Below, in pieces: positions 45,773 to 56,356 of a stretch of 64,000 nucleotides of DNA. The notes under the pieces are model-generated. The model worked only from the letters and a program-made list of their open reading frames with translations. It had not been told where the DNA came from and did no database searches. The first letter of the stretch is position 1. Each line of letters begins with the position of its first letter. This DNA is from Verrucomicrobiia bacterium. Its GTDB lineage: Bacteria; Verrucomicrobiota; Verrucomicrobiia; Limisphaerales; UBA8199. Both the position numbers and the translations under genes were made by a program. The stretch spans positions 41,686-105,685 of the forward strand of contig DASRFK010000179.1 of the NCBI GenBank assembly GCA_035651635.1. The letters run 5' to 3'.

Positions 45773-47008
45773 ATGAAGTGTAATGCATGGACGTTAGGTT
45801 TGCTCAGTGCCGGGCTGGTGAGCTTGCCGGCAGTGATGCACGCGGAGGAAAAACCGAGTTCCGTTTTGACTGCCCTGTCTGCCACAACGCTCAGCGGGTA
45901 CGTGGATACCTCGGCGCAGTGGAACCTGGGCACTGGGAATGCAAACGTCCCTGGCTATGCCTGGAATACTCCCAGCAAAGCCGACGGTTTTAACCTCAAT
46001 GTTGTCGAACTGAACCTCGAAAAGACAGTCGAAGCGGCGGATCAGTGGGGAGCCGGATACAAGGTCAGCTTGCTGGCCGGGCCCGACGCGAGCCTGTTCA
46101 ACACCAAATCTCCGGTTGCAGGAGGCAACGCTGATTTTGCGGTCAAGCAAGCCTATGTGGCTCTGCACGCGCCGGTCGGCAATGGCTTGGATTTCAAGGT
46201 CGGCGTGTGGGATACGCTGATCGGGTATGAAGTCTTCGAGTCGGTCAACAATCCAAACGTGACGCGCTCTTACGGTTATTCGATGGAGCCGACGACGCAT
46301 ACGGGCATCCAGGCCACCTATCAGGTCTGTGATGTCGTTTCCGCCTCGGTGGCCATCGCCAATACGTACGGCCCGACGATCAATGGCCGCGCCTTCATGG
46401 GTCCCGCAAACACCGCCGCCGGAGTTCAAGGACCTCAGGCCGAGTCGTATAAGACTTACATGGCCTCGATGACCTTCACCGCTCCGACCAATTGGGGCGC
46501 GTTGTCGGGTTCGACCTTAACGGCTTGCATTATCAATGGATTTGATACTGCCATCGGCGGCAGCGGCGGCGCCAATGCCAATGGCTTCGACCAAACCAGC
46601 TTCTATGTCGGGGCTTCACTGGCCACGCCGGTGACCGGTCTTAAGCTGGGGGCGTGTTATGATTACGCGGCGCTCACGTCGCAGGCCGCCGGCCCGGGAA
46701 CGTCTGAGACTTCAGGCTACGCCAACGCTGTCGGGGCCTACATCTCCTATCAGCTCACCGAGAAGCTCAGCGTGTATGGCCGCGGCGAATACGCCTCTTC
46801 CACCTACGCCACCACGTTCGGTGCCCGCAAAGTTGTGGAAGGCACGGCCACCGTCCAGTATGACTTGTGGAAGAACCTCATGAGCCGAGTGGAATTCCGC
46901 TGGGACCACGCGGCCGACGATTCAAACGCCTATGGCGGAACCGTTGCGGGTTCGCCGACCAAGGGCAATGCTTACATGCTCCTGGCGGACTTTGCTTATA
47001 AGTTCTAA
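45773..47008 (+). CDS. Outer-membrane porin-like beta-barrel protein (paralog 2)
   Basis: Same architecture and N-terminus as paralog 1 (MKCNAWTLGLLSAGLVSLPAVMHAEEKPSSVLTALSATTLSGYVDTSAQWNLGTGN), ends ...ADFAYKF. Start set at ATG 45773. Confidence 0.55.
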   Translation: MKCNAWTLGLLSAGLVSLPAVMHAEEKPSSVLTALSATTLSGYVDTSAQWNLGTGNANVPGYAWNTPSKADGFNLNVVELNLEKTVEAADQWGAGYKVSLLAGPDASLFNTKSPVAGGNADFAVKQAYVALHAPVGNGLDFKVGVWDTLIGYEVFESVNNPNVTRSYGYSMEPTTHTGIQATYQVCDVVSASVAIANTYGPTINGRAFMGPANTAAGVQGPQAESYKTYMASMTFTAPTNWGALSGSTLTACIINGFDTAIGGSGGANANGFDQTSFYVGASLATPVTGLKLGACYDYAALTSQAAGPGTSETSGYANAVGAYISYQLTEKLSVYGRGEYASSTYATTFGARKVVEGTATVQYDLWKNLMSRVEFRWDHAADDSNAYGGTVAGSPTKGNAYMLLADFAYKF

Positions 47009-47025
47009 GAGATTCAGTCGGGATC

Positions 47026-47060
47026 AAGCCCCTTCACAATTGGTGAAGGGGCTTTTTTCT
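47026..47060 (+). terminator. Rho-independent terminator after porin paralog 2 (12-bp stem AAGCCCCTTCAC/GTGAAGGGGCTT + T6)
   Basis: Seen directly. Confidence 0.7.
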
Positions 47061-47127
47061 TTGTAAAAACCTTATTGACTTGAAGCTTTTGTTTGGTAGT
47101 TTCACCCCTCTTTTGATCAGGATTTCG

Positions 47128-47562
47128 ATGAAGACGCATTTACCGAAAGTGAATCTGGCGCAACGCAAGTGGCATGTGGTTAATGCCGAGGGCGCGGTTT
47201 TGGGACGCCTGGCGGCGCAGGTCGCCAATATTCTGCGCGGCAAAAACAAGCCCATCTATACACCACACCTGGACGCCGGAGATTTCGTGGTGGTCATTAA
47301 CGCCGAGAAGGTGGTGGTCACCGGCAAGAAGGAAACGGACAAGAAGTTCATGACTTATTCCGGCTGGAAAGGCGGCGAGAAGTACACCTCGGTGGAACAA
47401 ATCCGGGCGCGGCATCCGGAGAAGCTGATCACGCACGCGGTTCGGGGAATGGTGCCAAAAAACCGGTTGGGCCGGGTCCTGATGACTAAACTCAAAGTGT
47501 ATAAAGGCGGCGAGCATCCGCACGCGGCGCAACAGCCCGAAACCCTCGCGCCGGCCACCTAG
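47128..47562 (+). CDS. rplM: 50S ribosomal protein L13
   Basis: MKTHLPKVNLAQRKWHVVNAEGAVLGRLA... is the canonical L13 N-terminus. Confidence 0.95.
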   Translation: MKTHLPKVNLAQRKWHVVNAEGAVLGRLAAQVANILRGKNKPIYTPHLDAGDFVVVINAEKVVVTGKKETDKKFMTYSGWKGGEKYTSVEQIRARHPEKLITHAVRGMVPKNRLGRVLMTKLKVYKGGEHPHAAQQPETLAPAT

Positions 47563-47588
47563 CGTCCCTGCCCTAACTTCATTCTTCT

Positions 47589-48005
47589 ATGGCTGACATT
47601 AAGATTTCCGAACCAAAAACTCCCCAACACCTGGGGACAGGCCGCCGCAAAACCGCCATTGCGCGTGTGCGGCTGGCCACCGGCACCGGCAAAATTCAAA
47701 TCAACGGACGGTCGTTTGAAAACTACTTTCCCGCCGAGACGCAACGCGTGATCGCCGCGCAGCCGCTCACCGTTACCGGAACGGCTGACAAGTTCGACGC
47801 GCAGATCACGGTGACGGGCGGCGGCCCAAACGGTCAGGCCGGCGCGGTGCGGCATGGGATTGCTCGCGCGCTGCTGACCGTGGACGCGAATCTGCGTCCG
47901 ATCCTCAAGGCCGAAGGCTTTTTGACCCGCGACCCGCGCATGCGCGAGCGCAAGAAGTACGGCCAGCCCGGCGCTCGCAAGCGATTCCAATACAGTAAAC
48001 GTTAA
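47589..48005 (+). CDS. rpsI: 30S ribosomal protein S9
   Basis: Canonical S9 with C-terminal ...[18 protein letters not shown]. Confidence 0.95.
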   Translation: MADIKISEPKTPQHLGTGRRKTAIARVRLATGTGKIQINGRSFENYFPAETQRVIAAQPLTVTGTADKFDAQITVTGGGPNGQAGAVRHGIARALLTVDANLRPILKAEGFLTRDPRMRERKKYGQPGARKRFQYSKR

Positions 48006-48024
48006 TCGATCGAGATTTTGTGAA

Positions 48025-48054
48025 GCCCCGCTGGACCTCCGGCGGGGTTTTTTG
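48025..48054 (+). terminator. Rho-independent terminator after rpsI (stem CCCCGC/GCGGGG + T6)
   Basis: Seen directly: gccccgctggacctccggcggggttttttgc. Confidence 0.6.
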
Positions 48055-48085
48055 CTTTAAAACACTGATTAACCCTCCTGTCTTT

Positions 48086-49168
48086 ATGCAGAAACAGAAA
48101 GTCGCCGTAGTGGGAGCCTCGGGCTATTCCGGCGAGGAATTAGTCCGGTTGCTTCTGTCGCATCCCTTGGTCGAGCTGACGGAAGTGACGTCGCGTCAAT
48201 ATGCCGGCAAAAGCGTGGGCGAGATCTTTCCAAAGTTCGCCCACCACCCTGGCGCAAAGGCATTGCGATTCACCGAGCCGAAGGTGGAACAGCTTGCGGC
48301 CGGTCACCCAATCGTGTTCCTGGCGTTGCCGCACGGTGTGGCTGCGGAGTTTGCCGGTCCTCTGCTGAAATCCGGCTGCAAAGTAATCGATTTGAGCGCG
48401 GATTTTCGGGTGAAGAACCCGGCCGTATACGCCGAGTTTTACGGCCACGAACATCCGAAGCCGGAGTTGCTCGGGCAGGCAGTGTATGGTTTGCCGGAGA
48501 TCTACCGCGCGCAAATTCAAACCGCTTCGCTGATCGCGTCCCCGGGTTGTTATCCGACCAGTATTTTGCTGCCCTTGATTCCGCTCCTGAAAGCGGGCCT
48601 GGTTTCAAGCAGTGGGATTATCGCCGATTCCCTCAGCGGAGTTAGCGGAGCGGGGCGCAAAGTGGAGCTGGATTATTTGTTCGTGGAATGCAACGAGAGC
48701 GTCCGCCCCTATGGTGTCCCGAAACACCGGCACTTGTCAGAGATCGAGCAGGAACTCGCTCTGGCCGCAGGAGAACCGGTAATGCTTCAGTTCACGCCGC
48801 ATTTGATCCCGGTGAACCGAGGCATTTTAACCACCCTTTACCTGGAGCCGCGTGGCCCGACGCCGGGCGTCGCGGGCGCCAAACCCGACGGTGACAAGTT
48901 GCGGGAATGGGGAGAAAAAATAGCGAATTGTTATCGTTCTGAGTACGCGCAAGAGCCTTTTGTTCGGTTGCTCGAAGGCAAAGCGTTGCCGGATACAAAG
49001 AATGTAGTGGGGACAAATGGAATCGAGATTGGGTGGCGCCTGGACTCACGAACCGGCCGGTTAATCGTGATGAGCGCCGAGGACAACCTGCTCAAAGGCG
49101 CCAGCGGCCAGGCGGTGCAAAGCCTCAACCTCATGTGTGGTTTTCCTGAGACGACGGCCTTGCTTTAA
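48086..49168 (+). CDS. argC: N-acetyl-gamma-glutamyl-phosphate reductase
   Basis: Rossmann N-terminus (KVAVVGASGYSGEELVRLL) and active-site Cys region (SPGCYPTS). Start at ATG 48086. Confidence 0.9.
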   Translation: MQKQKVAVVGASGYSGEELVRLLLSHPLVELTEVTSRQYAGKSVGEIFPKFAHHPGAKALRFTEPKVEQLAAGHPIVFLALPHGVAAEFAGPLLKSGCKVIDLSADFRVKNPAVYAEFYGHEHPKPELLGQAVYGLPEIYRAQIQTASLIASPGCYPTSILLPLIPLLKAGLVSSSGIIADSLSGVSGAGRKVELDYLFVECNESVRPYGVPKHRHLSEIEQELALAAGEPVMLQFTPHLIPVNRGILTTLYLEPRGPTPGVAGAKPDGDKLREWGEKIANCYRSEYAQEPFVRLLEGKALPDTKNVVGTNGIEIGWRLDSRTGRLIVMSAEDNLLKGASGQAVQSLNLMCGFPETTALL

Positions 49169-49276
49169 GCAAAAACACGCGCGCAGATCTTCGAAGTCCC
49201 GCCTTCAGGCCGTGCGACAAGGGCATCGGAATTACCATAAGGCTCGATGCGATCCGGCGTTCGCCGGCGGCTCTTA

Positions 49277-49840
49277 TTAAGGGCCCGAGTCGAGCACGGC
49301 GTTGCCACCCGCGCCAGCAATTCTGACGCGGGTAATGTCCCGAGGGGCGAGTTGGCGGGCCAGGGTGATTGAGGCATCCGCCACCACCTGGGTAGACTCC
49401 GGATTGGCAGAAGCTTCCTTTTTATTGTCATTCGCCTGGCGACTGGGAGAAGAAGTTGGATCGGCAATCGTGATCGTGCCCAGCTTCTCGATCGTGCCAT
49501 CCGCCGAATGCACCGCTTGCACATCGTATTTACCCGAATCGAGTTGGCTCAGGTGAAGCATAAGGACGGTACCTTTGACTTCGGCCGAACCTGCGGCTCC
49601 AGCCGGGGCAATCGCTGTCGGTTTTAACTGAAACGAAACGGTGGCATTTGTGTTCGCGGCTGAGTTCGGGTGGGGGAACGTTTTCTGTTCCTGTCCTGTG
49701 GTGGAAAGATTGGCAGCGGAGTCTTGCCCCCAGCCGTGCAATTGAATCATCGCGACAGTGAACCCAACCAAACAAGTAACGGTCGCGGTCAACGATTTGG
49801 ATTTCCTGAGACAGGTCATCATTTGTGCCTCTCCACACAA
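49277..49840 (-). CDS. Hypothetical secreted protein (Ala/Ser/Thr-rich)
   Basis: ORF with signal-peptide-like N-terminus directly downstream of the histidine kinase gene. No recognizable domain. Confidence 0.3.
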   Translation of the reverse strand: MCGEAQMMTCLRKSKSLTATVTCLVGFTVAMIQLHGWGQDSAANLSTTGQEQKTFPHPNSAANTNATVSFQLKPTAIAPAGAAGSAEVKGTVLMLHLSQLDSGKYDVQAVHSADGTIEKLGTITIADPTSSPSRQANDNKKEASANPESTQVVADASITLARQLAPRDITRVRIAGAGGNAVLDSGP

Positions 49841-49920
49841 ACTTACTACCGAGGGAACCGAAGCGTTCTGGGGGAATGCCCTACGTTATCCGGGCCAGCC
49901 TCGCTGTGTCCTTCGCGGAC

Positions 49921-52455
49921 TTACGTTACGAGGGAATTTCGCGATGCGATCTGACTGAGAGTCTTTCGCAGGTCCTTCGCGCGTGGCGGTTTGCTTAACA
50001 CGCTGTCGACATGGCCTGGGAGATCACCATCCGCCTGCATAAAGGCGCCCCATCCCGTTAACATGATGATTGGGGTGGCGGGCGATTCCGCTTTCAAGAT
50101 CCGTGCGACCTGACGTCCATCCAGGAAAGGCATGCCCAAATCCGTTATGATGACATCAAAAGCCTGGCTCCGTTGCGCCGCTCGAAAGGCATCGATCCCG
50201 GTTTGACCCCCATCGGCGACCTGGACGGTATGTCCATCTGATTCGAGGATGCCTTTAACCAGATCTCTCAGAACGGGTTCGTCATCGATGCAAAGTATAT
50301 GCATGGGCGGGGGCAGGGCCGGTTCGATTGAGTCACTGGCGTTCTGGAGCGGCGTTCTGGTGAGCGGCAAAGTGAGCCGAACGGTGGTGCCTTTGCCCGG
50401 CTCGCTCTGGACCTCAATTCCACCTTCGTGTCGCTCCATCACGCCGTAAACCATCGCCAGCCCGAGACCCGTGCCACGTTTGCCCTTGGTCGAAAAGAAC
50501 GGCTCGAGGCAACGCCGGCGCGTCTCTTCGTCCATTCCTATCCCGGTATCGACGACCTCCAGCACTACGTGTGTAGGTCGTGGTTCTCCCTTCGAGGCGA
50601 CCTCCCCCAAACGCGTACGAATGTTGAGCTTGCCGCCGCCGGGCATCGCATCCACTGCATTCAGGACAATATTTGTCAATGCCTCTCGCAATTCACTCTC
50701 CGTGCCCGTGACCTCAGGCAAATCCGGAGTGAGCTCAGTCTGCATTTCTACCACGAAGCCCTTGCTTTGGGGCATGTCCCGCCAACGCGGGCGGGTCATG
50801 TCCATGACTTGCTGAACCAAGTGGTTCAATTGGACTGCAAGAAGGGGTTCCCGATCTTCGCGGCGGCGATAGAACTCCCGCAGGCGGGCAACGATCTGAG
50901 CCACGTCTTCGCCGGCGGTCTTGATATATGTCAATTGTTTCTTTGCGCGGGGGCTCAGGTCTTTTTCGAACTCGAGGAGCATCTGGGCAAAACCAACCAC
51001 TGGCGAGAGCGCATTGTTGATATCATGGGCAATGCCGCTGGCCATTTGACCCAGTGCGCGCAGCCGGTCCTGTTGCATGACCGTTTGCTGAGTTTGGCGG
51101 AGTTCGTTGTAGGCGGTTTCCAACTGGTTGTGCAGACGCGCCTGGTGAGCCGCCAGGGCCACGTGCTCTCCCAGCATTCGCAGGAACTCGCATTCGCCGC
51201 TGCTGAAACTATCGACCTGCGAACGAGCCACCACCAAAATGCCGAACAATTTATCCTCAACTGTCAAGGGCGCGCCCACGGCGCAGCGCATTCCCACCGC
51301 CGCCAAACCGCGCAGCAAGGTTGCGTCCGCCATAGTTGTGTCAGCCAGGTAAATCGTTTTACCGGCCTTGGCTTGTCCCAATCCGCTTTGGGCCAGCGAA
51401 ATGGTCTGGCCCTCGACCAGGTCGAGCTTGCCAAGCTGTTTGGGATTTTGTTCACGAAGCGCCGACACAATGAGTTCATCGGTTTCCGAGGCATACAAGC
51501 ACACCAGCCCGAGCTCGACGGGGAGATGATCCTCCAACTGGCGCAGGACCGCGTTGAGGATGCGTGGCAGGTCTTGGCGTTCGGACACGACATGCGTGAT
51601 TTGGTTCAACAAGCTGATCCGAGTCAATTGTTGCTGCAACGCATCTTGAGCTCGCTGCCGCTTGCCAATCTCGGACTGGAGATCCCGAGTTCGTTCTTCG
51701 ACGCGCCTCTCCAGTTTGTCCTGAGCCTGATGCAAAGCGGCATCCTGGTCCTGGATTTGCGCCAGCATCTCATTGAACCGATCGATGAGCTGCCCCAATT
51801 CATCATGGCTTCGCTTGACCGCTCGCAATGAATAGTTTCGCTGGGTTGAAACCGCCTGCGCGGTCGCAGTCAGCTCGTAAATAGGCTTTGAAATAATCCT
51901 TTGAAGATGAAACGACAGAAGGAATGTCAGGGGGAGGGCCAAGAGCATAAAAAGCCCGGTGATCTGTGAAAAATGCACCAGGCGCTCGTGGAGTTCCCCC
52001 AGATCCGAACTGAAGTAAACCGTCCCAATGGTTTCGCCTGCGCTGTCCACGATCGAGCGAAAAAGAACGAGGCGGTCCTTTTCAAATCGCAGCCCATCCG
52101 CTTCGGGCCGCGGCGGGACTCGTTCGTGAGCGGAGCTTTTGCGCGAATACTGGGCGAAAACCTTGCCATTCTTGTAAAGACAGGCGGAAAGGATATGGGA
52201 CTCCACCCGCAATGCGGTGAGCACCTCGCGGGCATTGGCCTCATCGTCGAATTTCAGCGCCGCCGTGCTCTGGTTGCCGACCACATCCGCCAAAGTCCAG
52301 ATATCGTGTGTCATCGACTCACGAAAGGTAAAATGATCGTAAAGGACGAAGGCACTGGAGACCAATAAGAGCGCGGCCAGACTGACCCCCATGATGATGA
52401 GCATGAGCTTTCGCTTGATCGAAGAGCTGGCGGGGGCTAACAATCGGGCAATCAT
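49921..52455 (-). CDS. Hybrid sensor histidine kinase (periplasmic sensor, HAMP, coiled coil, GAF, HisKA, HATPase_c, C-terminal receiver)
   Basis: 844 aa with two TM segments, H-box (GIAHDINNALSPVVGF), G-boxes (DTGIGM; GTGLGLAMVYG) and a receiver domain (ILCIDDEPV...DVIITDLGMP). Confidence 0.85.
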   Translation of the reverse strand: MIARLLAPASSSIKRKLMLIIMGVSLAALLLVSSAFVLYDHFTFRESMTHDIWTLADVVGNQSTAALKFDDEANAREVLTALRVESHILSACLYKNGKVFAQYSRKSSAHERVPPRPEADGLRFEKDRLVLFRSIVDSAGETIGTVYFSSDLGELHERLVHFSQITGLFMLLALPLTFLLSFHLQRIISKPIYELTATAQAVSTQRNYSLRAVKRSHDELGQLIDRFNEMLAQIQDQDAALHQAQDKLERRVEERTRDLQSEIGKRQRAQDALQQQLTRISLLNQITHVVSERQDLPRILNAVLRQLEDHLPVELGLVCLYASETDELIVSALREQNPKQLGKLDLVEGQTISLAQSGLGQAKAGKTIYLADTTMADATLLRGLAAVGMRCAVGAPLTVEDKLFGILVVARSQVDSFSSGECEFLRMLGEHVALAAHQARLHNQLETAYNELRQTQQTVMQQDRLRALGQMASGIAHDINNALSPVVGFAQMLLEFEKDLSPRAKKQLTYIKTAGEDVAQIVARLREFYRRREDREPLLAVQLNHLVQQVMDMTRPRWRDMPQSKGFVVEMQTELTPDLPEVTGTESELREALTNIVLNAVDAMPGGGKLNIRTRLGEVASKGEPRPTHVVLEVVDTGIGMDEETRRRCLEPFFSTKGKRGTGLGLAMVYGVMERHEGGIEVQSEPGKGTTVRLTLPLTRTPLQNASDSIEPALPPPMHILCIDDEPVLRDLVKGILESDGHTVQVADGGQTGIDAFRAAQRSQAFDVIITDLGMPFLDGRQVARILKAESPATPIIMLTGWGAFMQADGDLPGHVDSVLSKPPRAKDLRKTLSQIASRNSLVT

Positions 52456-52881
52456 TATTTAGTCTTATTAATATCCAGGTTGGAAATGGCGGGTCTGATT
52501 CCAACCGTCATTTCCCCCGTTGAAAGGATCGAGACTCTCGGACCTCGTGCTTTGTCTAAACGTAAGGTGTGAAAACGCCTGGCGGGCTTCAAACGTGAGC
52601 CATCGGTCAAAAGGCAAATGCATAGAGTAAAAATAGCATCTTTCACGCCAAGACCCCCCGTTTCTCAACGGCCGCCGATTAGGACGCCTACTTCGCGAGC
52701 TTGCAGCGGGTGACCTCCTGTTGAAGGGCGAATTTGGGCGAACGAGGTATCGTGAGGTCTCCATCTAAACGCGAGCCGGGAGGGGATTCACCGCAAAACC
52801 GGTCCTCGGCCAGGCCGTCCACTTGTCCGCAGGGGTCACTTTGGCATTGGAATGGGGGGCGTTTTCAGATAATCCCTCGTT

Positions 52882-54939
52882 ATGCGCGAACGGTTTCATT
52901 CGATCTACTCACATGGATTTGTCCGTGCAGCGGTTTGCATACCGTCGCTGCGGGTTGCCGATCCGGAATATAACCTCGAACACACCGTCGCACTGGCCAG
53001 GCAAGCTTCCGCTGAACATGTTGCGGTCGCGCTGTTTCCTGAACTGGGACTCTCGGCCTATTCGAATGAGGATTTGTTTCATCAGGACGCGCTGCTGGGA
53101 GCCACGGAGCAGGCGCTGGCACGATTAGTAAAACAGACCGAGGAGCTAACGCCGGTTTTGATTGTGGGCGCGCCGCTGCAGTTCGAGGCCAAACTGTTCA
53201 ATTGCGCCGTAATCATTTATCGCGGCCGGATTCTGGGGATTGCCCCCAAGAGTTACCTGCCCAATTACCGTGAGTTTTACGAGAAGCGGCAATTCACGTC
53301 CGGACGTGATGCCCTGGTCAACGAAGTCTTTTTGCTGGGCAACCGGGTTCCGTTTGGAAATAACCTGGTCTTCGAGGCCCCGAATTTCGAGGGGTTTAAG
53401 CTCCACGCGGAGATTTGCGAAGACATTTGGACGCCAATCCCCCCGAGCACCTACGCAGCGATGGCCGGAGCGACGATCCTGACGAACCTTTCAGCGAGCA
53501 ACATCACCATTGGGAAGGCGGAGTATCGGCGCGACCTGTGCGCGTCACAATCGGGCAAGTGCATCGCCGGTTACTTGTATTCAGCGGCCGGGCCGGGTGA
53601 GTCCAGCACGGACCTGGCGTGGGACGGTCATGCCTTGATCTACGAGAACAACGAGTTATTGGCGGAATCGAAGCGCTTTGCCGACGGCGAGCAGATGATC
53701 TCGGCTGACCTCGACCTCGGGAGACTGATCCAGGACCGGATGCGCATGACCAGCTTCAGCGACTGTGCCAGCGATTGTCGCGAGAAGGTGCAGGCGATTC
53801 GGCGGGTGAGTTTCGAGTTTCGCGTGCCGAAGGGCGTCATTCCGCTTCGGCGCGCGGTGGGGCGGTTTCCGTATGTGCCGAGCGAAGCGCGCGAGCGGGA
53901 TCAGCGGTGTTTCGAGGCTTACAATATCCAAGTACATAGTTTGCTCAAACGCCTGGCCAGCAGCGACACCAAACGCGTGGTCATTGGCATCTCGGGGGGC
54001 TTGGATTCGACTCAGGCGCTGATCGTGGCCGCCAAAGCGATGGACGGGATGGGGTTGCCACGCAAAAATATCCTGGCCTACACGATGCCCGGGTTTGCTA
54101 CCAGCGAGCTGACCTTGAATAACGCGCGCAAGCTTATGAAATCGCTCGGGGTGACGGCCACGGAAATTGACATCCGCCCGTCGTGCGAGCAAATGTTCAA
54201 AGACATCAAGCATCCCTTCGCCCGTGGGGAAAAGGTATTCGATGTCACATTCGAGAACGTGCAGGCCGGAGAACGGACGTCGCATCTATTCCGTTTGGCG
54301 AACCTGAACCAGGCCATCGTGCTGGGCACGGGCGACTTGAGCGAATTGGCCTTGGGTTGGATGACGTATGGCGTGGGCGACCACATGTCGCATTACAACG
54401 TCAACGTTTCGGTTTCCAAAACACTCATTCAATATTTGATCCGCTGGGTGATTGCGTCGGGGCAATTCGACTCCGAAACCAACGCCACTCTGCAGCGGAT
54501 TCTCGACACCGAGATCTCGCCGGAATTGGTGCCGCATGCCGACGGCGATTCGAGCCGGCCCGCCCAGAAAACCACTGAATCGGTCGGCCCGTATGAGTTG
54601 CAGGATTTCAATTTGTATTACCTCACCCGCTATGGATTTCGGCCCAGCAAAGTGGCGTTTCTCGCGCTGCACGCCTGGGGCAACAAGGATGCGGGTGATT
54701 GGCCGAATCTGTTGCCTCCCGAAAAACGCGTGCAATACGATCTGGCGACGATCAAAAAATGGCTGCGCGTTTTTGTCTTTCGCTTCTTCAAAATCAGTCA
54801 ATTCAAGCGCTCGGCGATCCCGAACGGCCCGAAGGTGGGATCCGGCGGGTCGCTCTCGCCGCGCGGCGATTGGCGCGCGCCGAGCGATTCCGAAGCCGAG
54901 CCCTGGCTCAAGGAATTGCAAGAGAATGTTCCCGAATGA
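52882..54939 (+). CDS. nadE: Glutamine-dependent NAD+ synthetase (N-terminal CN-hydrolase domain + C-terminal NAD synthetase domain)
   Basis: 685 aa. Nitrilase-type N-domain (catalytic Cys region ...EICEDIW...) and a C-terminal PP-loop ATPase (GISGGLDST). Confidence 0.9.
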   Translation: MRERFHSIYSHGFVRAAVCIPSLRVADPEYNLEHTVALARQASAEHVAVALFPELGLSAYSNEDLFHQDALLGATEQALARLVKQTEELTPVLIVGAPLQFEAKLFNCAVIIYRGRILGIAPKSYLPNYREFYEKRQFTSGRDALVNEVFLLGNRVPFGNNLVFEAPNFEGFKLHAEICEDIWTPIPPSTYAAMAGATILTNLSASNITIGKAEYRRDLCASQSGKCIAGYLYSAAGPGESSTDLAWDGHALIYENNELLAESKRFADGEQMISADLDLGRLIQDRMRMTSFSDCASDCREKVQAIRRVSFEFRVPKGVIPLRRAVGRFPYVPSEARERDQRCFEAYNIQVHSLLKRLASSDTKRVVIGISGGLDSTQALIVAAKAMDGMGLPRKNILAYTMPGFATSELTLNNARKLMKSLGVTATEIDIRPSCEQMFKDIKHPFARGEKVFDVTFENVQAGERTSHLFRLANLNQAIVLGTGDLSELALGWMTYGVGDHMSHYNVNVSVSKTLIQYLIRWVIASGQFDSETNATLQRILDTEISPELVPHADGDSSRPAQKTTESVGPYELQDFNLYYLTRYGFRPSKVAFLALHAWGNKDAGDWPNLLPPEKRVQYDLATIKKWLRVFVFRFFKISQFKRSAIPNGPKVGSGGSLSPRGDWRAPSDSEAEPWLKELQENVPE

Positions 54940-55184
54940 CACTCCTAGGGTGAACTCCCTATTCCAGCGTGCGACCATTCAACGTAAGAATGGTACTCCA
55001 ACAGATTCTCAACCGCCTTTCCAGGGAGGGGCGGTGCGTACGGAATGGTGGCCAGGTTACAAGTTGCAGGTTGCCTGGCCGTGTATCTGACCGCCGGAAG
55101 GCCGGACTTTGAACCAAGCGGGCCGAAAGGTGCTTGCAAATTGATCGTGCTCTCGCACGAACGGTGCGTAGCATCAAGGGAAGC

Positions 55185-56081
55185 ATGACCGACGCTTACA
55201 ATCGACTCCTTGAAGCCACGATCCAACACCTTGAAGGGCTCAAGGCCAGAGGTGTGCGCTTTGTCTCGGTTTCGCCGGGCGCCCTGCGCGGGCTCAGCGA
55301 CGTTCCGGCCGCAAGCAAAACGCGATCTCGGCCAGGCTTTGCCGCGGGCGTAACCGGGCGAGAGCCGGCCCGAGCTGTTTCTACTTCCGACAATCTAGCG
55401 GTTGCGAGTGCCGATTTGGTCAAACCACCGATTCCACAATCCCAGCCGGGTGTGGGCGGCCTCGAAGCGAAAGCTGCCCAATTCGCACAGCTGCGTCAGC
55501 GGGTTCTGCCCTGCACCAAGTGCTCGCATCTCGCTTCTTCGAGAAAGAACGTGGTTTTCGGAGTCGGCGACCCCAATGCGCAGCTCATGTTCGTAGGCGA
55601 GGCACCCGGAGCCGATGAAGATGAGCGAGGCGAACCCTTCGTTGGCAAGGCCGGGGAGTTACTGACCAAAATCATCCAGACAATGGGGCTGACGCGCGGC
55701 TCGGTCTACATCGCCAACATTCTCAAGTGCCGGCCGGATACGCCCGGCCAATCGAGTGGCAACCGAAAGCCGACGCCCGAGGAAATGCAAACCTGTATTC
55801 CTTATTTGCACGAGCAGATCGACCTGATCGGTCCCAAGGTCCTGGTCGCCTTGGGTGCCACGGCGGTTGAAGGATTGCTGGGCAAGACGATCGGGATCAC
55901 CCGGCTACGCGGCCAATGGCGCACGTATCGCGGGATACCCCTCATGCCTACGTATCATCCGGCCTACTTGTTGCGCAACCAGGCCTTGAGCGAAAAACGG
56001 CGCGTGTGGGAAGACATGCTGCAAGTCATGGAGCGCCTCGGGCTTAGCATCAGCGAGAAACAGCGCAACTACTTCCGATGA
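55185..56081 (+). CDS. Uracil-DNA glycosylase, family 4 (Fe-S type), with a ~110-aa low-complexity N-terminal extension
   Basis: GEAPG motif (FVGEAPGADEDERGEPFVGKAG), conserved Cys residues (CTKC...) and the HPAYLLRN C-terminal motif. Confidence 0.75.
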   Translation: MTDAYNRLLEATIQHLEGLKARGVRFVSVSPGALRGLSDVPAASKTRSRPGFAAGVTGREPARAVSTSDNLAVASADLVKPPIPQSQPGVGGLEAKAAQFAQLRQRVLPCTKCSHLASSRKNVVFGVGDPNAQLMFVGEAPGADEDERGEPFVGKAGELLTKIIQTMGLTRGSVYIANILKCRPDTPGQSSGNRKPTPEEMQTCIPYLHEQIDLIGPKVLVALGATAVEGLLGKTIGITRLRGQWRTYRGIPLMPTYHPAYLLRNQALSEKRRVWEDMLQVMERLGLSISEKQRNYFR

Positions 56082-56356
56082 CGAGTTGATGTCGGCGCGT
56101 GGACTTCCCTGTCCAATGACACCGGGATTTTGGTTGGTATCCCGGAGGGATGAATGAGAAAGTCCCAACGTTTCAACGTTGGGTTTGGCGTTAGAGACGT
56201 CCACGAGTTCCGAAGGGACGGCCGGTGATGCGCTTCGGGACAAGGCCTCTGCATTCATGCGGGAATCAAATCCTGGTGGCGGGTTCGCCCGGACGCGCCC
56301 ATGAGCGGCGTGGATTCCGGATAGCTTTTCGATCAAATAAACCGCATTTTTAGGCC

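Noticed and set aside
50428-51831. 467-aa plus-strand ORF antisense to the hybrid histidine kinase
   Set aside because: No motifs. The opposite strand encodes the HisKA/HATPase/receiver domains.
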